This document shows, in pieces, positions 31,244 to 41,584 of a stretch of DNA of 64,000 nt (its first letter is position 1; every line of letters begins with the position of its first letter). Source of the DNA: Vicinamibacteraceae bacterium (GTDB taxonomy: Bacteria; Acidobacteriota; Vicinamibacteria; Vicinamibacterales; Vicinamibacteraceae); NCBI GenBank assembly GCA_963759795.1, contig CAVXAR010000009.1:449123-513122 (forward strand), read 5' to 3'. The position numbers and the translations under genes are program-made. The notes under the pieces were generated by a model, which searched no databases, was not told the origin of the DNA, and saw nothing but the letters and a program-made list of their open reading frames with translations.

Positions 31244-32773
31244 TCACGCCAATCTGCTGCAGCAGCGTCCGGGACGTTGAGGCCAAGTGCCTCCATCTGC
31301 TGAAGCAGGTTGAAGACGACGGCCGGACTGGTCTGCGCGAGTCGCGCGAGACTGCCACCGCTTCTCGGCCGATCCGTTGCCCGTGTCCATCACGACCAGC
31401 TTGTCGATGTTGCCGAACGGCGCGGCAACGGCGCCGAAGACTCCGGACGACGCCTCGATGATGGCCGGGAGCTTCTCCAGAATGGTCTGCAGGCGGGCGG
31501 CGTCGTTGAATTCCTTCCAGGCCTCGGCCTTGCGCAGGATGGCCGTAGCTTCCGCGACGCCCTGGGCCTCGATTGCCCTGGCCTGCGCGAGCCCGATGGC
31601 CTCGATCTTTGCCGCTTCAGCGCGACCCTCGACCTCGACGGCGGCGGCTCGACCGACGCCCTCCTTGCGCAGCTTCTCCTGCTCGGCCTCGGCCATCGCG
31701 ATCATCGCCGAACGACGACCCTCTGCTTCGAGGATTGCCGACTGCTTGGCGGCCTCGGCGCGGACGACTGCCGCCTGGCGATCCGCTTCGGCCGGCTTGA
31801 TGACGGTCGCGTCGAGCTCCTTCTGGCGGCGCAGGACCTCCTGCTCCTGGACGCCGATTGCCTCCTGCGTCCGCGTTCGGTCGACCCGGACCTCCTCTGC
31901 CACCACCGCCTGCCGCGCGGTCGCTTCCGAAAGCGGCCCGGCCTGCTCGGCGCGCGCCTTCTGGGTCTCGATCTCGGCCTGGTACTGCGCCTGGCGGATC
32001 ATGAAGTCGCGCGACGACTGCGCGATCTCGGCATCGGCCTGGAACTTCGCCTTCTCGCCCTCCTGCAGCGCCTGCGACGACTTGATCTTGGCGTCGCGGT
32101 GCGCCTCGGCCTCGCCGATCGCCGCGTCTCGCTTGACCTCGGCGGTGCGTCGCTTGCCGAGGGCGTCGAGGTATCCCTCTTCGTCGCTGATCTCCTGGAT
32201 GGTCAGCACGTCGACACCGATGCCCATCTTCTCGAGATCGGTGGCCGCCTCGGTCGTCAGCTTCTGGGCAAAGCTCTGTCGATCGCTGTTGACCTCTTCG
32301 ACCGTCAGCGTGCCGAGGATCGATCGCAAGTGCCCTTCCAGGGTCTGGAAGATGACCTTCTGCACCTGGTCGTGCGACATGCCGAGGAACCGCTCCGCCG
32401 ACGCCTGGAGCGAGGTGTCGTCACCACGGATCTTCACGTTGGCGACAGCCTTCACCGACACCGGTACGCCCTTCAACGTGTACGCCCGCTTGATCTCGAG
32501 CGGGATCGTCATCACGTTCAGGTGCAGGTATTCGACCTTCTCGAGCAGTGGAATCCGCAGCGCCGCACCACCGCGCACCATCCGGTAGCCCACGGTGCGC
32601 CCGTCGGGCAGCTTGCGCTTGCGCCCGCTCAGCACGGCGACGGCGTTGGGCGAGACCTTGATGTAGTTGCGGCTGAACAGGAAGGCGGCGGCGAAGAGCG
32701 AGAGGACGACGACGAGAATCGAAACGATCAGCGACGCCAACTGTGCATTGTCTGTCATGGGCCCCTGCGTCAC
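31244..32773 (-). CDS. flotillin / SPFH (band 7) protein, YqiK/FloT-like; C-terminus frameshifted near 31330
   Basis: TM start, PHB domain, long Ala/Glu/Gln/Arg-rich coiled coil. The C-terminal GGSLARLAQTSPAVVFNLLQQMEALGLNV is found in an alternative frame. Confidence 0.8.
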   Translation of the reverse strand: MTQGPMTDNAQLASLIVSILVVVLSLFAAAFLFSRNYIKVSPNAVAVLSGRKRKLPDGRTVGYRMVRGGAALRIPLLEKVEYLHLNVMTIPLEIKRAYTLKGVPVSVKAVANVKIRGDDTSLQASAERFLGMSHDQVQKVIFQTLEGHLRSILGTLTVEEVNSDRQSFAQKLTTEAATDLEKMGIGVDVLTIQEISDEEGYLDALGKRRTAEVKRDAAIGEAEAHRDAKIKSSQALQEGEKAKFQADAEIAQSSRDFMIRQAQYQAEIETQKARAEQAGPLSEATARQAVVAEEVRVDRTRTQEAIGVQEQEVLRRQKELDATVIKPAEADRQAAVVRAEAAKQSAILEAEGRRSAMIAMAEAEQEKLRKEGVGRAAAVEVEGRAEAAKIEAIGLAQARAIEAQGVAEATAILRKAEAWKEFNDAARLQTILEKLPAIIEASSGVFGAVAAPFGNIDKLVVMDTGNGSAEKRWQSRATRADQSGRRLQPASADGGTWPQRPGRCCSRLA

Positions 32774-33318
32774 GTTCTCTTTACGATGACCGTCTCGCCG
32801 AGCACTTCGTCGATCTGCACGGAAGTGTTTTCGGCGATCGCGAGCCCGTCCCGCGTCCGGGCGATCTTGTCCATCAGCTCCTCGCCGAGGCGCACGCGGA
32901 CCTGCCCCACGCCGCCGGGTGGGATCCCGATCACCACGCGGCCGATGGTGCCGACCAGGTCACCGGCCCGAACGTCGGTGCTCGCCTGCTGGTTGTACAA
33001 GGCACGCGCCAGGGCGTAGATCGCGCCGCCGAAGACGATGCCGCTGGCGAACCCGACCAGCGACGCCGGCACCGGTCCGAGACCGTAGTATGTCGCCACG
33101 GCGCCGAAGCCGCCGAACGCGGTGATGAACACGGCCAGCACACGACTGCTGAAGAAGCCGGGGCCGCCGGTGTCGAAGTCGTGATCGGTCTCGAGGAAGT
33201 CGAACACCTCGCCGAACACCAGCGCGACGAGCAGGAACACGAAGCCGACCGCGCAGAGTGCCGCGCCGGCAACCACGATCGTCTTGTTCGTCACCGTCGA
33301 AGTGCTCGTGACCGTCAT
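32770..33318 (-). CDS. NfeD-like membrane protein (YqiJ/YuaF-type), operon partner of flotillin
   Basis: TM helices plus a C-terminal OB-like beta domain (IGRVVIGIPPGGVGQVRVRLGEELMD). 4-nt overlap with the flotillin start. Confidence 0.8.
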   Translation of the reverse strand: MTVTSTSTVTNKTIVVAGAALCAVGFVFLLVALVFGEVFDFLETDHDFDTGGPGFFSSRVLAVFITAFGGFGAVATYYGLGPVPASLVGFASGIVFGGAIYALARALYNQQASTDVRAGDLVGTIGRVVIGIPPGGVGQVRVRLGEELMDKIARTRDGLAIAENTSVQIDEVLGETVIVKRT

Positions 33319-33383
33319 CCGGCCAGTCTAGCTGCCCTGGTCGCGGCGGCGCGACAGATGCTCTCGACAATCAGTGACGGCGC
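33274..33383. repeat. copy B of the duplicated 5' region (palindrome gtcgcggcggcgcgac at 33350..33365)
   Basis: Aligns to 31021..31130 over the leader and codons 1-15 (MTVTSTSTVTNKTIV versus MTVTSASTATSKTIV). Confidence 0.75.
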
Positions 33384-33496
33384 GATGGCTATATGGCTGG
33401 CGGGCGACCGGCGGCACACCGATGACTGCCACGCGGATGGGACGACCAGTTGACGATTCTGTGCCGCCTCGCAAGGGTGCAGATAGACTCGCCGCC

Positions 33497-34054
33497 ATGG
33501 GCCTCCTCACCTTCAGCATCAACGTCACCCTGGACGGTTGCGTCGACCATCGCGAGGGGATCGCCGACGACGAGACGCACGCCTTCTTCAGCCGCCTCAT
33601 GGACGAGAGCGAGGCGATGCTGTGGGGCCGCGTCACCTACGAGATGATGGAGCGCTACTGGCCGGCCGTCGCCCGCGGCGACGAGGAGGCGCCGCCGGCC
33701 ATGCGCGAGTGGGCGGTCAAGCTGGAGGCCAAGCCCAAGTACGTGGTGTCGTCGACTCGCACGGACTTCCCCTGGAACAACAGCCACCACATCGTCGGCG
33801 ATCTGCGCACGGGCGTGCAGAAGCTCAAGGATGCGACGCCCGGCGGCGTGCTGCTCGGCAGCGGCAGGCTGGCCACCGAACTCGACCGGCTGGACCTGAT
33901 CGACGAGTACACGTTCCTCGTCCACCCCAGGATCGCCGGCCACGGCCCGACCCTGTACCAGACGGGCCTGCCCGCCACCCGGCAGCTCGAGCTGGTCTCG
34001 GCCCGGCCGCTCCGCAACGGCGCGGTGGCGATGCACTACCGACGCGCACGCTGA
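33497..34054 (+). CDS. dihydrofolate-reductase-like (RibD C-terminal domain family) protein
   Basis: MGLLTFSINVTLDG...LWGRVTYEMM...VLLGSGRLATEL. Start at internal ATG. Confidence 0.8.
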   Translation: MGLLTFSINVTLDGCVDHREGIADDETHAFFSRLMDESEAMLWGRVTYEMMERYWPAVARGDEEAPPAMREWAVKLEAKPKYVVSSTRTDFPWNNSHHIVGDLRTGVQKLKDATPGGVLLGSGRLATELDRLDLIDEYTFLVHPRIAGHGPTLYQTGLPATRQLELVSARPLRNGAVAMHYRRAR

Positions 34055-34240
34055 TTCAGCGACGGTTGCAGCCATGCTCGACGAGTCGGTTCAGTTCGCG
34101 TTGCTCGAGCGCCTGAGGCCAATCATGTTCGCTGTCGCGTGGGCGAACGAGAAGGCCTCGCACCCATGCGCCCGATCCGCGTTCGCGATATCGTCGATGA
34201 GGGGCACGCGCCGCGCCTGTCGAGCCGAGGAGCCCGCACA

Positions 34241-34651
34241 ATGACCTATGCCAAGGACGCCACTCCGCCCTTCTACCACGGCACGCGCGCGGACCTGCAG
34301 GTGGGCGACCTGCTCGCGCCCGGATTCGCCTCCAATTATCAGGAGCAGCAGCTCTCGTGGATCTACTTCGCCGGCACGCTCGACGCGGCGATCTGGGGCT
34401 GCGAGCTGGCCAGGGGCGATGGTCCGGAGCGCATCTACATCGTTGAGCCGACCGGCGCGTTCGAGGACGATCCCAACCTCACCGACAAGAGGTTTCCCGG
34501 CAATCCCACCAGGTCCTACCGCTCCCGCGCGCCGCTCAGGATCGTCGGCGAGGTCATGGCATGGGAGCCTCACCCGCCCGAGCGTCTCAAGGAGATGAAG
34601 GACGCCCTCGCACGGATGGAAGCCGAAGGCGATATGAAGATCATCGACTGA
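34241..34651 (+). CDS. arr: NAD+--rifampin ADP-ribosyltransferase (Arr family)
   Basis: PFYHGTRADLQVGDLL...IYFAGTLDAAIWGCELA...IYIVEPTGAFEDDPNLTDKRFPGNPTRSYRSRAPLRIVGEV. Matches conserved Arr blocks throughout. GAGGAG SD 9 nt upstream. Confidence 0.85.
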   Translation: MTYAKDATPPFYHGTRADLQVGDLLAPGFASNYQEQQLSWIYFAGTLDAAIWGCELARGDGPERIYIVEPTGAFEDDPNLTDKRFPGNPTRSYRSRAPLRIVGEVMAWEPHPPERLKEMKDALARMEAEGDMKIID

Positions 34652-34760
34652 TGGCGCGAGGCTGATCGACCACGAAGGCAGGCGCGCGCTTGGCTGGCGG
34701 CCCACGTATGCGGGCAGGCACCGACAAACGCCGCTTGCGGAACGGGAGACGGATACCGAG

Positions 34761-35243
34761 ATGACGAGTGAACACGCGCAGACAACGCCAGTCCGTGGTT
34801 CCAAGCACGACGCCCTCGATGTCTTTCTGGGCGACTGGAAGGCGGAGGGAATCTCGTACGGCGGAACGGACCAGTCAGGCGACGACCCGAGAAGTCATGG
34901 CGTGCAGTGGACCAGTACTCACAGGTGCTACTGGCATACCGGTCGATTCTTTCTCATTCAGGATGAGAGAGCACTGCCAGGAGGCGAGACGTTCGACACG
35001 CTGACGGTGATGGGCGTCGATGTGGACAGCGGCGCGTACTTCGCCAGGAACTTCGAGAACCACGGCTTCTACAGGAAGTACGACGTCGCCGTCCGCGACC
35101 GTGTGTGGTCGATTCGGGGCGCAACGGAGCGCGCGCAGATCGAGTTCAGTGAGGACGGACGGACGCAGACGATCGTCTGGGAATGGAAGCCGCGGGACAG
35201 GTGGCTGCCGCTCTGCGACCGCACAGCCCGACGGATCGGCTAG
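34761..35243 (+). CDS. hypothetical protein (DUF1579-like)
   Basis: 160 aa ORF with coding-like composition. Confidence 0.55.
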   Translation: MTSEHAQTTPVRGSKHDALDVFLGDWKAEGISYGGTDQSGDDPRSHGVQWTSTHRCYWHTGRFFLIQDERALPGGETFDTLTVMGVDVDSGAYFARNFENHGFYRKYDVAVRDRVWSIRGATERAQIEFSEDGRTQTIVWEWKPRDRWLPLCDRTARRIG

Positions 35244-35249
35244 TCCACT

Positions 35250-35540
35250 GGGCGCGGCGGCGGCGCAGGCGGCTCCATGGTCTACCACCGCGTCAACGTC
35301 TTCGAGCATTCGCTTCTTCACGGTTAGCTGTGGCAGCTCATCGCGCCAAGGCCGCGCATGCCGAAAGTGCTCACTCGCGGATTCCAGGTAGGGTCCAGCG
35401 ATCAGCAGCTGCGGGCCGACCCGGGTACCGGCAGCGATCTCGTCACGCCACCGCAGTAGCTCCTCGAGATCTCCGCCCAGATCGCGCACGGTTGTGACGC
35501 CGCCGGCGACCAGCAGCGACAGCGACCGAGGTACGTGCAC
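35250..35540 (-). pseudogene. amidohydrolase-family gene fragment
   Basis: HVPRSLSLLVAGGVTTVRDLGGD...RVGPQLLIAGPYLES is an internal amidohydrolase segment without N- or C-terminal parts. Confidence 0.4.
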
Positions 35541-35798
35541 GTCTGCAGGCCGGACTCGCGGTCGAGTGTCAGGGCCCGGGAGGACAACCGCAACCGCCGC
35601 CCCGCGCCCATCGGCGCGCTCGCGACCCGGCTGATGCTGCTCGACCTGGTGCTCGACGTCACGACTCTGTTGCGCACTCGTCGCCTCACCTTGCGGTTCG
35701 ATCTGTTCAGTCGTTGTTGGTTCAACGAGAGCGGTACAGCCGCGACTCCCTCTGAGCGCGCCACGCGACGGACGCAGGATGTCCTATCCAGCCCAGGT

Positions 35799-36798
35799 CT
35801 ACTTCACTGTCGCGTGAAGCTCAGTCAGGTTGGCCCTGACAATCTCGCGCAGCTTCTGAAAGCTCTCCAGATGCAGAGCTCCGATTCCAGTCGAGTTGAG
35901 GACTGACGGGCTTCCGTGCCTGATCCTGATGAGGATGTGCTGTGGCGCCGACTTCGGTCTGCCTCTGTCGTAGTAGTCGGGATTGACGGTGACGTAGACG
36001 CGGCTCGTCCTGTCGTCCAGGGTCGTGAAGACGTGCGCGTAGCCATTCAGCGAGGCCACCTCGATCTCCTTGACGATCGCGACCTCATCGGGCCTTTCGC
36101 TGAGGAGTCCCTGGTAGTAGGCCAGCCGCTTCGCGCTGTTCCGGATCTGGATGTGAGGATCTCGATCTGCTTCTGCAGAAACTCGCGCCTGGTGACGACC
36201 CGGAATGGCAGGGCCCCGGGACGCGTCAGCCACCAGACCGTCGTGCCGTCGGAGAAGTTGAACTCCTGCACGCCCTGGTCATTGGGCTCAGGCAGCGCAA
36301 GTTTGTCCTTGCGCTGGTAATACCCGCGAGGGAGGAAGCTGAAGCCGACCGTGGAGGAGCTGCCATGCACGGTGGCCTCGTCGACGAGGCTCGAGTTGAC
36401 CTGAACCGAGACGTTCCCGAGCGACACGTCCCGTGCCGCGGGCTTGCCGTCGAGGCATTCGATCTTGTGGTGGCTCAGCACGAAGCTATAGGTGTTGCCA
36501 TAACGAGACGTGTTCGTGACGGCCTCGGGCAGGATGCGGTAGTTAGCGCTGTAGTAGACCGATCGCGCCGATTGGCACGAAGGCGGACTTGAACATGTCC
36601 AGCACGCGCGCCATGATCTCTCCGTTCGGCCGCGAGCTCGACGGCGGCGACCTGCCCGGTGTTCTGGTCCGGCTGCGGCTTCCAGATGTTGGTCAGCGCG
36701 TTGAAGCCGGAACTGTCGCAGCCGGGGTTCTGTGCCGTGGGCAGTGCGGTCCAGGAGAGAGACGCGACGAGCAGCAGCAGGCAACGGGTGATTGTCAC
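35799..36798 (-). CDS. secreted hypothetical protein, at least two frameshifts
   Basis: Signal peptide MTITRCLLLLVASLSWTALPTAQ (ORF 36475..36798). Middle part in ORF 36047..37078, C-terminal part in ORF 35799..36233. Confidence 0.45.
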
Positions 36799-37277
36799 GG
36801 TCGGGGGAGGAACCGCGGGGGCGGTTCTCAGGGTGGCCAGAGCGTACCAGATGGCCGGCGCACACGAATGATGCGACTTGCAGCCGCCCGGCTTCGACGA
36901 GGGTCTGCGACGACTTCGTGGCTCGCGCCGCGTGACGCGAGTTCACGTCGGAACATCCTGTCTCGCATGCACTACACGCTCCGGTGCGACCAAGCCACCG
37001 AGTGCGCGGGCGATGAGTGCACGAGTGCTTCCGCGCAGAAACCACGCGCTGGCGCCTGGTGACGGGCGAGGCGGCCACGGAGTATCGTCTGGACCTTTCC
37101 GAGGTGTGCTAGGCCGCGCCAACCGCCGGCTGCAGCGCCGCAACGGCGCCGGACACCGCATGGCGCGGCCCCTCACGTCAGTCAGCTGGCGAACCGCCCT
37201 TCGGCGGTTTGTTCAGGTATCTTAACATGCGGGGCGGTGTGAGATACAGTTTCTGATTACGGCCGCGCGCTTACAAG

Positions 37278-37826
37278 TCAAAGTGCGGTCACGTAACATC
37301 TCGACGCGGCTTGGGCCGCGTCGTCGCGATCGGACGCTCGCGCTCGATCCCGAACGCGGACCACTCCCATCACCACCGTCATGACGAAGGCCGCATCGGC
37401 GTCGTCACCGAGATCCACAGTGTGTACGTAGTCGTCGCTCTCGACCTGGGCTACGGTGGCGTCGCCGCGCCGGATCGCCCAACTGGTCAACACGTAGCCA
37501 GTGGTTTCCAGACGGTCGCCGGCGCGGCAGGTGATTACGTAGCGGTAGTCTGTCGAGCCCACCAGGCGGATGGCCCCGACCCACTCGCGCCGCATCGTCG
37601 CGTACGCGACGCCGTCGCGCTCGAACTCGAATCGCTGTTCGAGATTCAGCACATGCTCCCGCCCGGTGAAGAGGGCGTTCCCCGCCGCATCCATGGCCGT
37701 GAAGACCGCCGCGAAGCGCAGCTTGCCGTCGAAGGTCATGACGGTAGCGCCCGCGGCGTCCCTCAGGGTGTAATCGCCGCCGATCGAGATCGTGTTCCTG
37801 GACAGAACGTAACGGCCCGGCAGCAT
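37278..37826 (-). CDS. LURP-one-related / DUF567 (tubby-like) family protein
   Basis: 182 aa, family-typical YVLSRNTISIGGDYTLRD...FEFERDG pattern. Confidence 0.6.
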   Translation of the reverse strand: MLPGRYVLSRNTISIGGDYTLRDAAGATVMTFDGKLRFAAVFTAMDAAGNALFTGREHVLNLEQRFEFERDGVAYATMRREWVGAIRLVGSTDYRYVITCRAGDRLETTGYVLTSWAIRRGDATVAQVESDDYVHTVDLGDDADAAFVMTVVMGVVRVRDRARASDRDDAAQAASRCYVTAL

Positions 37827-38501
37827 GGGGCAGCACTATATGTCGAATCGCGTCGCTCTCGACAACTCGGTGCGCGGAGGATTCGGTGTCCACCGATAAC
37901 GCCCTCGTGAGTACCGCCGGCGCCCGACTGCTTCCCGGTGCTGTCGCACGCGCACATACGTCTCCAGAGTCGGTCCGGCCTGGCTCAACGCCGACTTTTG
38001 AGTGGTGGATACGTGCACGGCCAGGCGTTGGCCTCGCAACGACAGCCTGTACGGCCTCGCGGCGATCGACGGTCAGTCATCACTCTTCTCACGTCCTCGC
38101 CATGCCGAGCTAGTGGCCGTCCGGCACTAACGACGGGCGCCGCATGCCCAATTCGTTTGCGGCAAATGCCAGGGCGTCGGCAGCATCGGAGACGTAGGCA
38201 CCGGCGTGTCCGCCAGTGGGATCGGCCCGCAGGACGACGGGGCGACGACACGACTGCGCCGCCGAAGCGAGTCTGCGATTCATGCAGCCAGGCCGGGGCG
38301 CGATCGTCGTTCAGCGCCGTCGTCACGAGTGTCGCGGGATAGCACGTCCCCGACTTCACGTGGTGCTGCGGCGAGTACGCAAACAAACGACGCGCCGTCT
38401 CGGGGCGTCGCGGTGCGTCAACAGGAACCAGCTGTCTGCGTCCGACCCGATCAGGCGATACGCGGCCACGCGATCGGTCGTCAGTGCAACGACCGGATTC
38501 G

Positions 38502-38744
38502 TCAAGGTGGGACGCGGCGCCCGACCAAGGTCCTTGACGTGGGGTGGATGATCGGCTGGGACGGGCCATGCGCGACGGACTCGAAGGCGGCCCACCCGGC
38601 GCCAAGTGCATCGATCCGTCGCACCAGCCAAGGTCGTAAGTGGTCGGCGCGCAGAAGCGGCAGCGCGGTGCGGCGTTGCGCTGCAGCCCACTCCAGGACC
38701 TCGGCAGACGAGAGATCCTCCAGCCAGCGATACGGATCGGCCAC
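38502..38744 (-). pseudogene. prolyl oligopeptidase (S9A) N-terminal fragment
   Basis: (V)ADPYRWLEDLSSAEVLEWAAAQ is the hallmark POP N-terminus. Reading frame is lost after about 80 aa and there is no room for a roughly 700 aa gene. Confidence 0.5.
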
Positions 38745-39589
38745 CCTCCTGCCGTGATAGACGTCAACGGCGTCGACCGTTCGAGTCGGCGGGTATGTGT
38801 AGGTCGGTCCGTCAGGCGGCCGACGGCAGCCAGTGGCGACTCGAGAGCATCAGCCAGGCCACGGCAGGCACGATCGCCTTCTCGACGGTCGTCGTCCGCA
38901 TGCGTGACGCGGATCATGACATGTGGACCGATACGGCGCGGGGCGTCGCCCACGCCGCCGCTCAGGGCGTGACTCAGGCGGCGCGGTGGCGGCCGGCAGG
39001 GCGCGGCGCCTGGTCGAGGTCGGCCTGCTCCAATCGCCAGAGTTCTGCGACCGCCTCGGCTTCCCTGTCTCCGGCGTCGGAAGCCTCGGCCTCTTCGATC
39101 GACAGGTTCCGATAGGCCTCGACGATGGCGCGAAGCTCGGTCATCCGCGTGCTCTGCCGCATCGTGTGCATGGGTTGTCTCCGTCAGCGTCCCCGCCACC
39201 ATCGCCGACCGGCCGACACCACGGAGTCGGGCCTGTCGCGCCGATGGCGACGTTCCCGGTCGTCCTCACCGCCCCAAGGAGGGTGGGTCGCCGACCGGTG
39301 CCGCTACGGAAAGCACAAGCATGGAGCGTGCCAGCACACAAGATGTGGATGTCTCAAAGAGATGCCCTCCACATCTAGGGCTTTGGCGGGTCTCGCCTGG
39401 GGCTGAGTCGCGCCGAAAATAGATGAGCTGCAGCTTGTCGGCGGCGACATCACGGACGGACCTGTGGGTGCCCGATCCGATGTCGGCAGGTGTACGCCCC
39501 TCCCACCAGTTCACCGGACTCGCAAGACGGTCGTCGAGCACCTCGTCGAGGCGGCACGCGAGGCGTCGCCTCGCGCGGCGGACCATCGC

Positions 39590-39850
39590 GGGCATCCAGG
39601 AACGTCGATGTCCCGCAGGTAGCTGAACGTCTCGTCGTAGAACTCGGGTAGTCGTGTCGGATCCCGGCTTTCTTCGGGCGGGATGAAGATCGCCATCCCC
39701 TGACGGGCTGGTGTCAGCAGCACGCGGTAGGCGTTGAGCAGGTAGCGCTGCCTGTCTCGTTGCTTCACGTTGGTCCAGGCGTCGCCCCGAAAGGCGTGGT
39801 AGCGCCACTGCCCGTCGATGCGACGCAGGTGAGCGTCCCAGGTCACGCAC
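39590..39850 (-). pseudogene. fragment with SF1-helicase/DUF2075-like C-terminal motif
   Basis: ...YLLNAYRVLLTPARQGMAIFIPPEE... resembles helicase motif VI plus tail. No upstream ATPase domain present. Confidence 0.3.
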
Positions 39851-40398
39851 GCCCAGTGGACTTCGAGGCCTTGACTTGGAACTCGGTGGCGGCGTCTTCC
39901 AGGTAGTAGCTCGAGCGGGTGTCTTCCGGATCGCCGAGGAACCAGTGGATCGGGTCGACGCTGAGGCGAACGTCGATGGCCTTCGCGTCGCCCTGCCGCG
40001 TCCGTTCCACGGCCTCGAGGGCCGCTACCGCGGCGTGGTCCGCGATGAACTGTTCTCGCCGATGGAGCTGAGCGCTCTGCAGGAGCTGGAGTGGTACTGC
40101 CAGGAGCGCCTGCGTCGAGAGTCCGACCCCTCACCAGCCCGCGACCGGCGCTTCGACGAGGCCGAGCGCCGCTTCCGGACCGCGCGGTGCGCCTCGCTCT
40201 ATCGCCAGTACAAGCAGCGCGGCGTCGCCGCACTCAACGGCGTCGTCACCCGCGTGCTGCTGGACAAGCTGCAGCGGAAGGAGGCGCGCGTGGAGTTCGT
40301 GCCGCTCAAGCGGCAGTACCTGCACCTGGCGCCGCTGGTGGGCGTGGCGTAACGCAGGGCGCGCCATCCTACCCAGCTGCGCAGTATTGTGTGTGTCC

Positions 40399-41568
40399 AT
40401 GGCGAGCCCCTTGCATGTCGTGCTGGTTCACGGCACGTGGTCCGACGGCGTGCCGCGCGCCATCGGCGACCTGCTGCGACGCGTGCTGCATCTGCGCGGG
40501 AGATCGCGACCTGTCGAAGGCAGCACGTACTGGTACCAGCAGGCGCACCCCTTCGCGGCCGGCCTGCGTAAGGCACTGTCGCAGCGCGGGATCGATCCGG
40601 AGGTGCACGAACCGCTTCTCTGGACCGGTGCCAACTCCTTCGGTGCCCGTTTCGAGGCGGCAGGCCGGCTGGCAACGCGGTTGGAGAGCCTTCGCGGTCG
40701 CACGCTAGTGATCGGCCACAGCCACGGCGGCAGCGTCGCCATCCACGCCGTGGCGCAGCTCGATCCCGCTCGAGCGGTGGAGGTGGAAGTCGTCACGCTG
40801 AACACACCGTTCGTGCGCGTCGATCCTTGCGCGAGCCCGAGCCAGGTGGCGGGCTTCCTGGGTTTCGGCATGCTGGCCTTCATCGCCAACTCTGCGGCGC
40901 GTGCTCAGGCGAGGGGGTTCGGCATCCACAACCAACTGGCCCTCGAGCGTTTCACGCAGAGTCAGTTGATGTGGTTCGGCCTGCTGATGGCGCTGGTCCT
41001 GGGGGCCGCCGTCGTGCTGTCGCACCGTTTCGAGACCCGTGTGGTGCGCAAGCAGGTGACACGCTTCGCTGGCGCACGGCTGCACTGCATTCGCGGCGTG
41101 TCAGACGAGGCGGGGTTGGGCATCTCGGCTGGGCTGATCGGCGCCGGTTTGAGCCGCCTCGCGTACGGCATCATGGGCCGACTCACCAGCACGCCCTGGA
41201 CCGCTGTGCCACTGCTCCTGCTGGCCATGGGATTGATGATGGCCGTGTACAACCACTGGTCTCCGCCATGGCTGGGCGTCGTCAGTCTTCTTCTGGCCTG
41301 CAGTGCGTGGGCATTGGTTGCTCTCTGGGGGTTGACCTGCCTCTGCAACCAGTTCCTCGGCGCGGAGTTCGCCATCGTCGGCCTGCTCTTCATGGGCAGC
41401 GTCGACAGTACCCCTGACGCGCCGAGCGGCACCCTGCGCGTCGACACGCTCAGCATCGCCCAGGGCACCGCGGACGGGCTCCGTCACAGCGCGGTGTACC
41501 TCGGGGACGAAGTGACGGTGCTGATTGCCGACGGCGTTGCGCGAGAGATGCCGCCAGAAGGCATATAG
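40399..41568 (+). CDS. alpha/beta-hydrolase (GHSHGG nucleophile elbow) with C-terminal multi-TM domain
   Basis: VVLVHGTWSDG, LVIGHSHGGSVA, then about five hydrophobic helices (WFGLLMALVLGAAVVL..., LLLLAMGLMMAVY..., VVSLLLACSAWALVALWGL...). Confidence 0.75.
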   Translation: MASPLHVVLVHGTWSDGVPRAIGDLLRRVLHLRGRSRPVEGSTYWYQQAHPFAAGLRKALSQRGIDPEVHEPLLWTGANSFGARFEAAGRLATRLESLRGRTLVIGHSHGGSVAIHAVAQLDPARAVEVEVVTLNTPFVRVDPCASPSQVAGFLGFGMLAFIANSAARAQARGFGIHNQLALERFTQSQLMWFGLLMALVLGAAVVLSHRFETRVVRKQVTRFAGARLHCIRGVSDEAGLGISAGLIGAGLSRLAYGIMGRLTSTPWTAVPLLLLAMGLMMAVYNHWSPPWLGVVSLLLACSAWALVALWGLTCLCNQFLGAEFAIVGLLFMGSVDSTPDAPSGTLRVDTLSIAQGTADGLRHSAVYLGDEVTVLIADGVAREMPPEGI

Positions 41569-41584
41569 TCGCGTCGACGACATC

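Noticed and set aside
31310-33019. 569 aa plus-strand ORF
   Set aside because: Antisense to the flotillin and NfeD genes.
38974-39171. 65 aa ORF resembling an addiction-module antitoxin component
   Set aside because: Weak resemblance only. No partner toxin ORF downstream, and it lies in the fragment patch.
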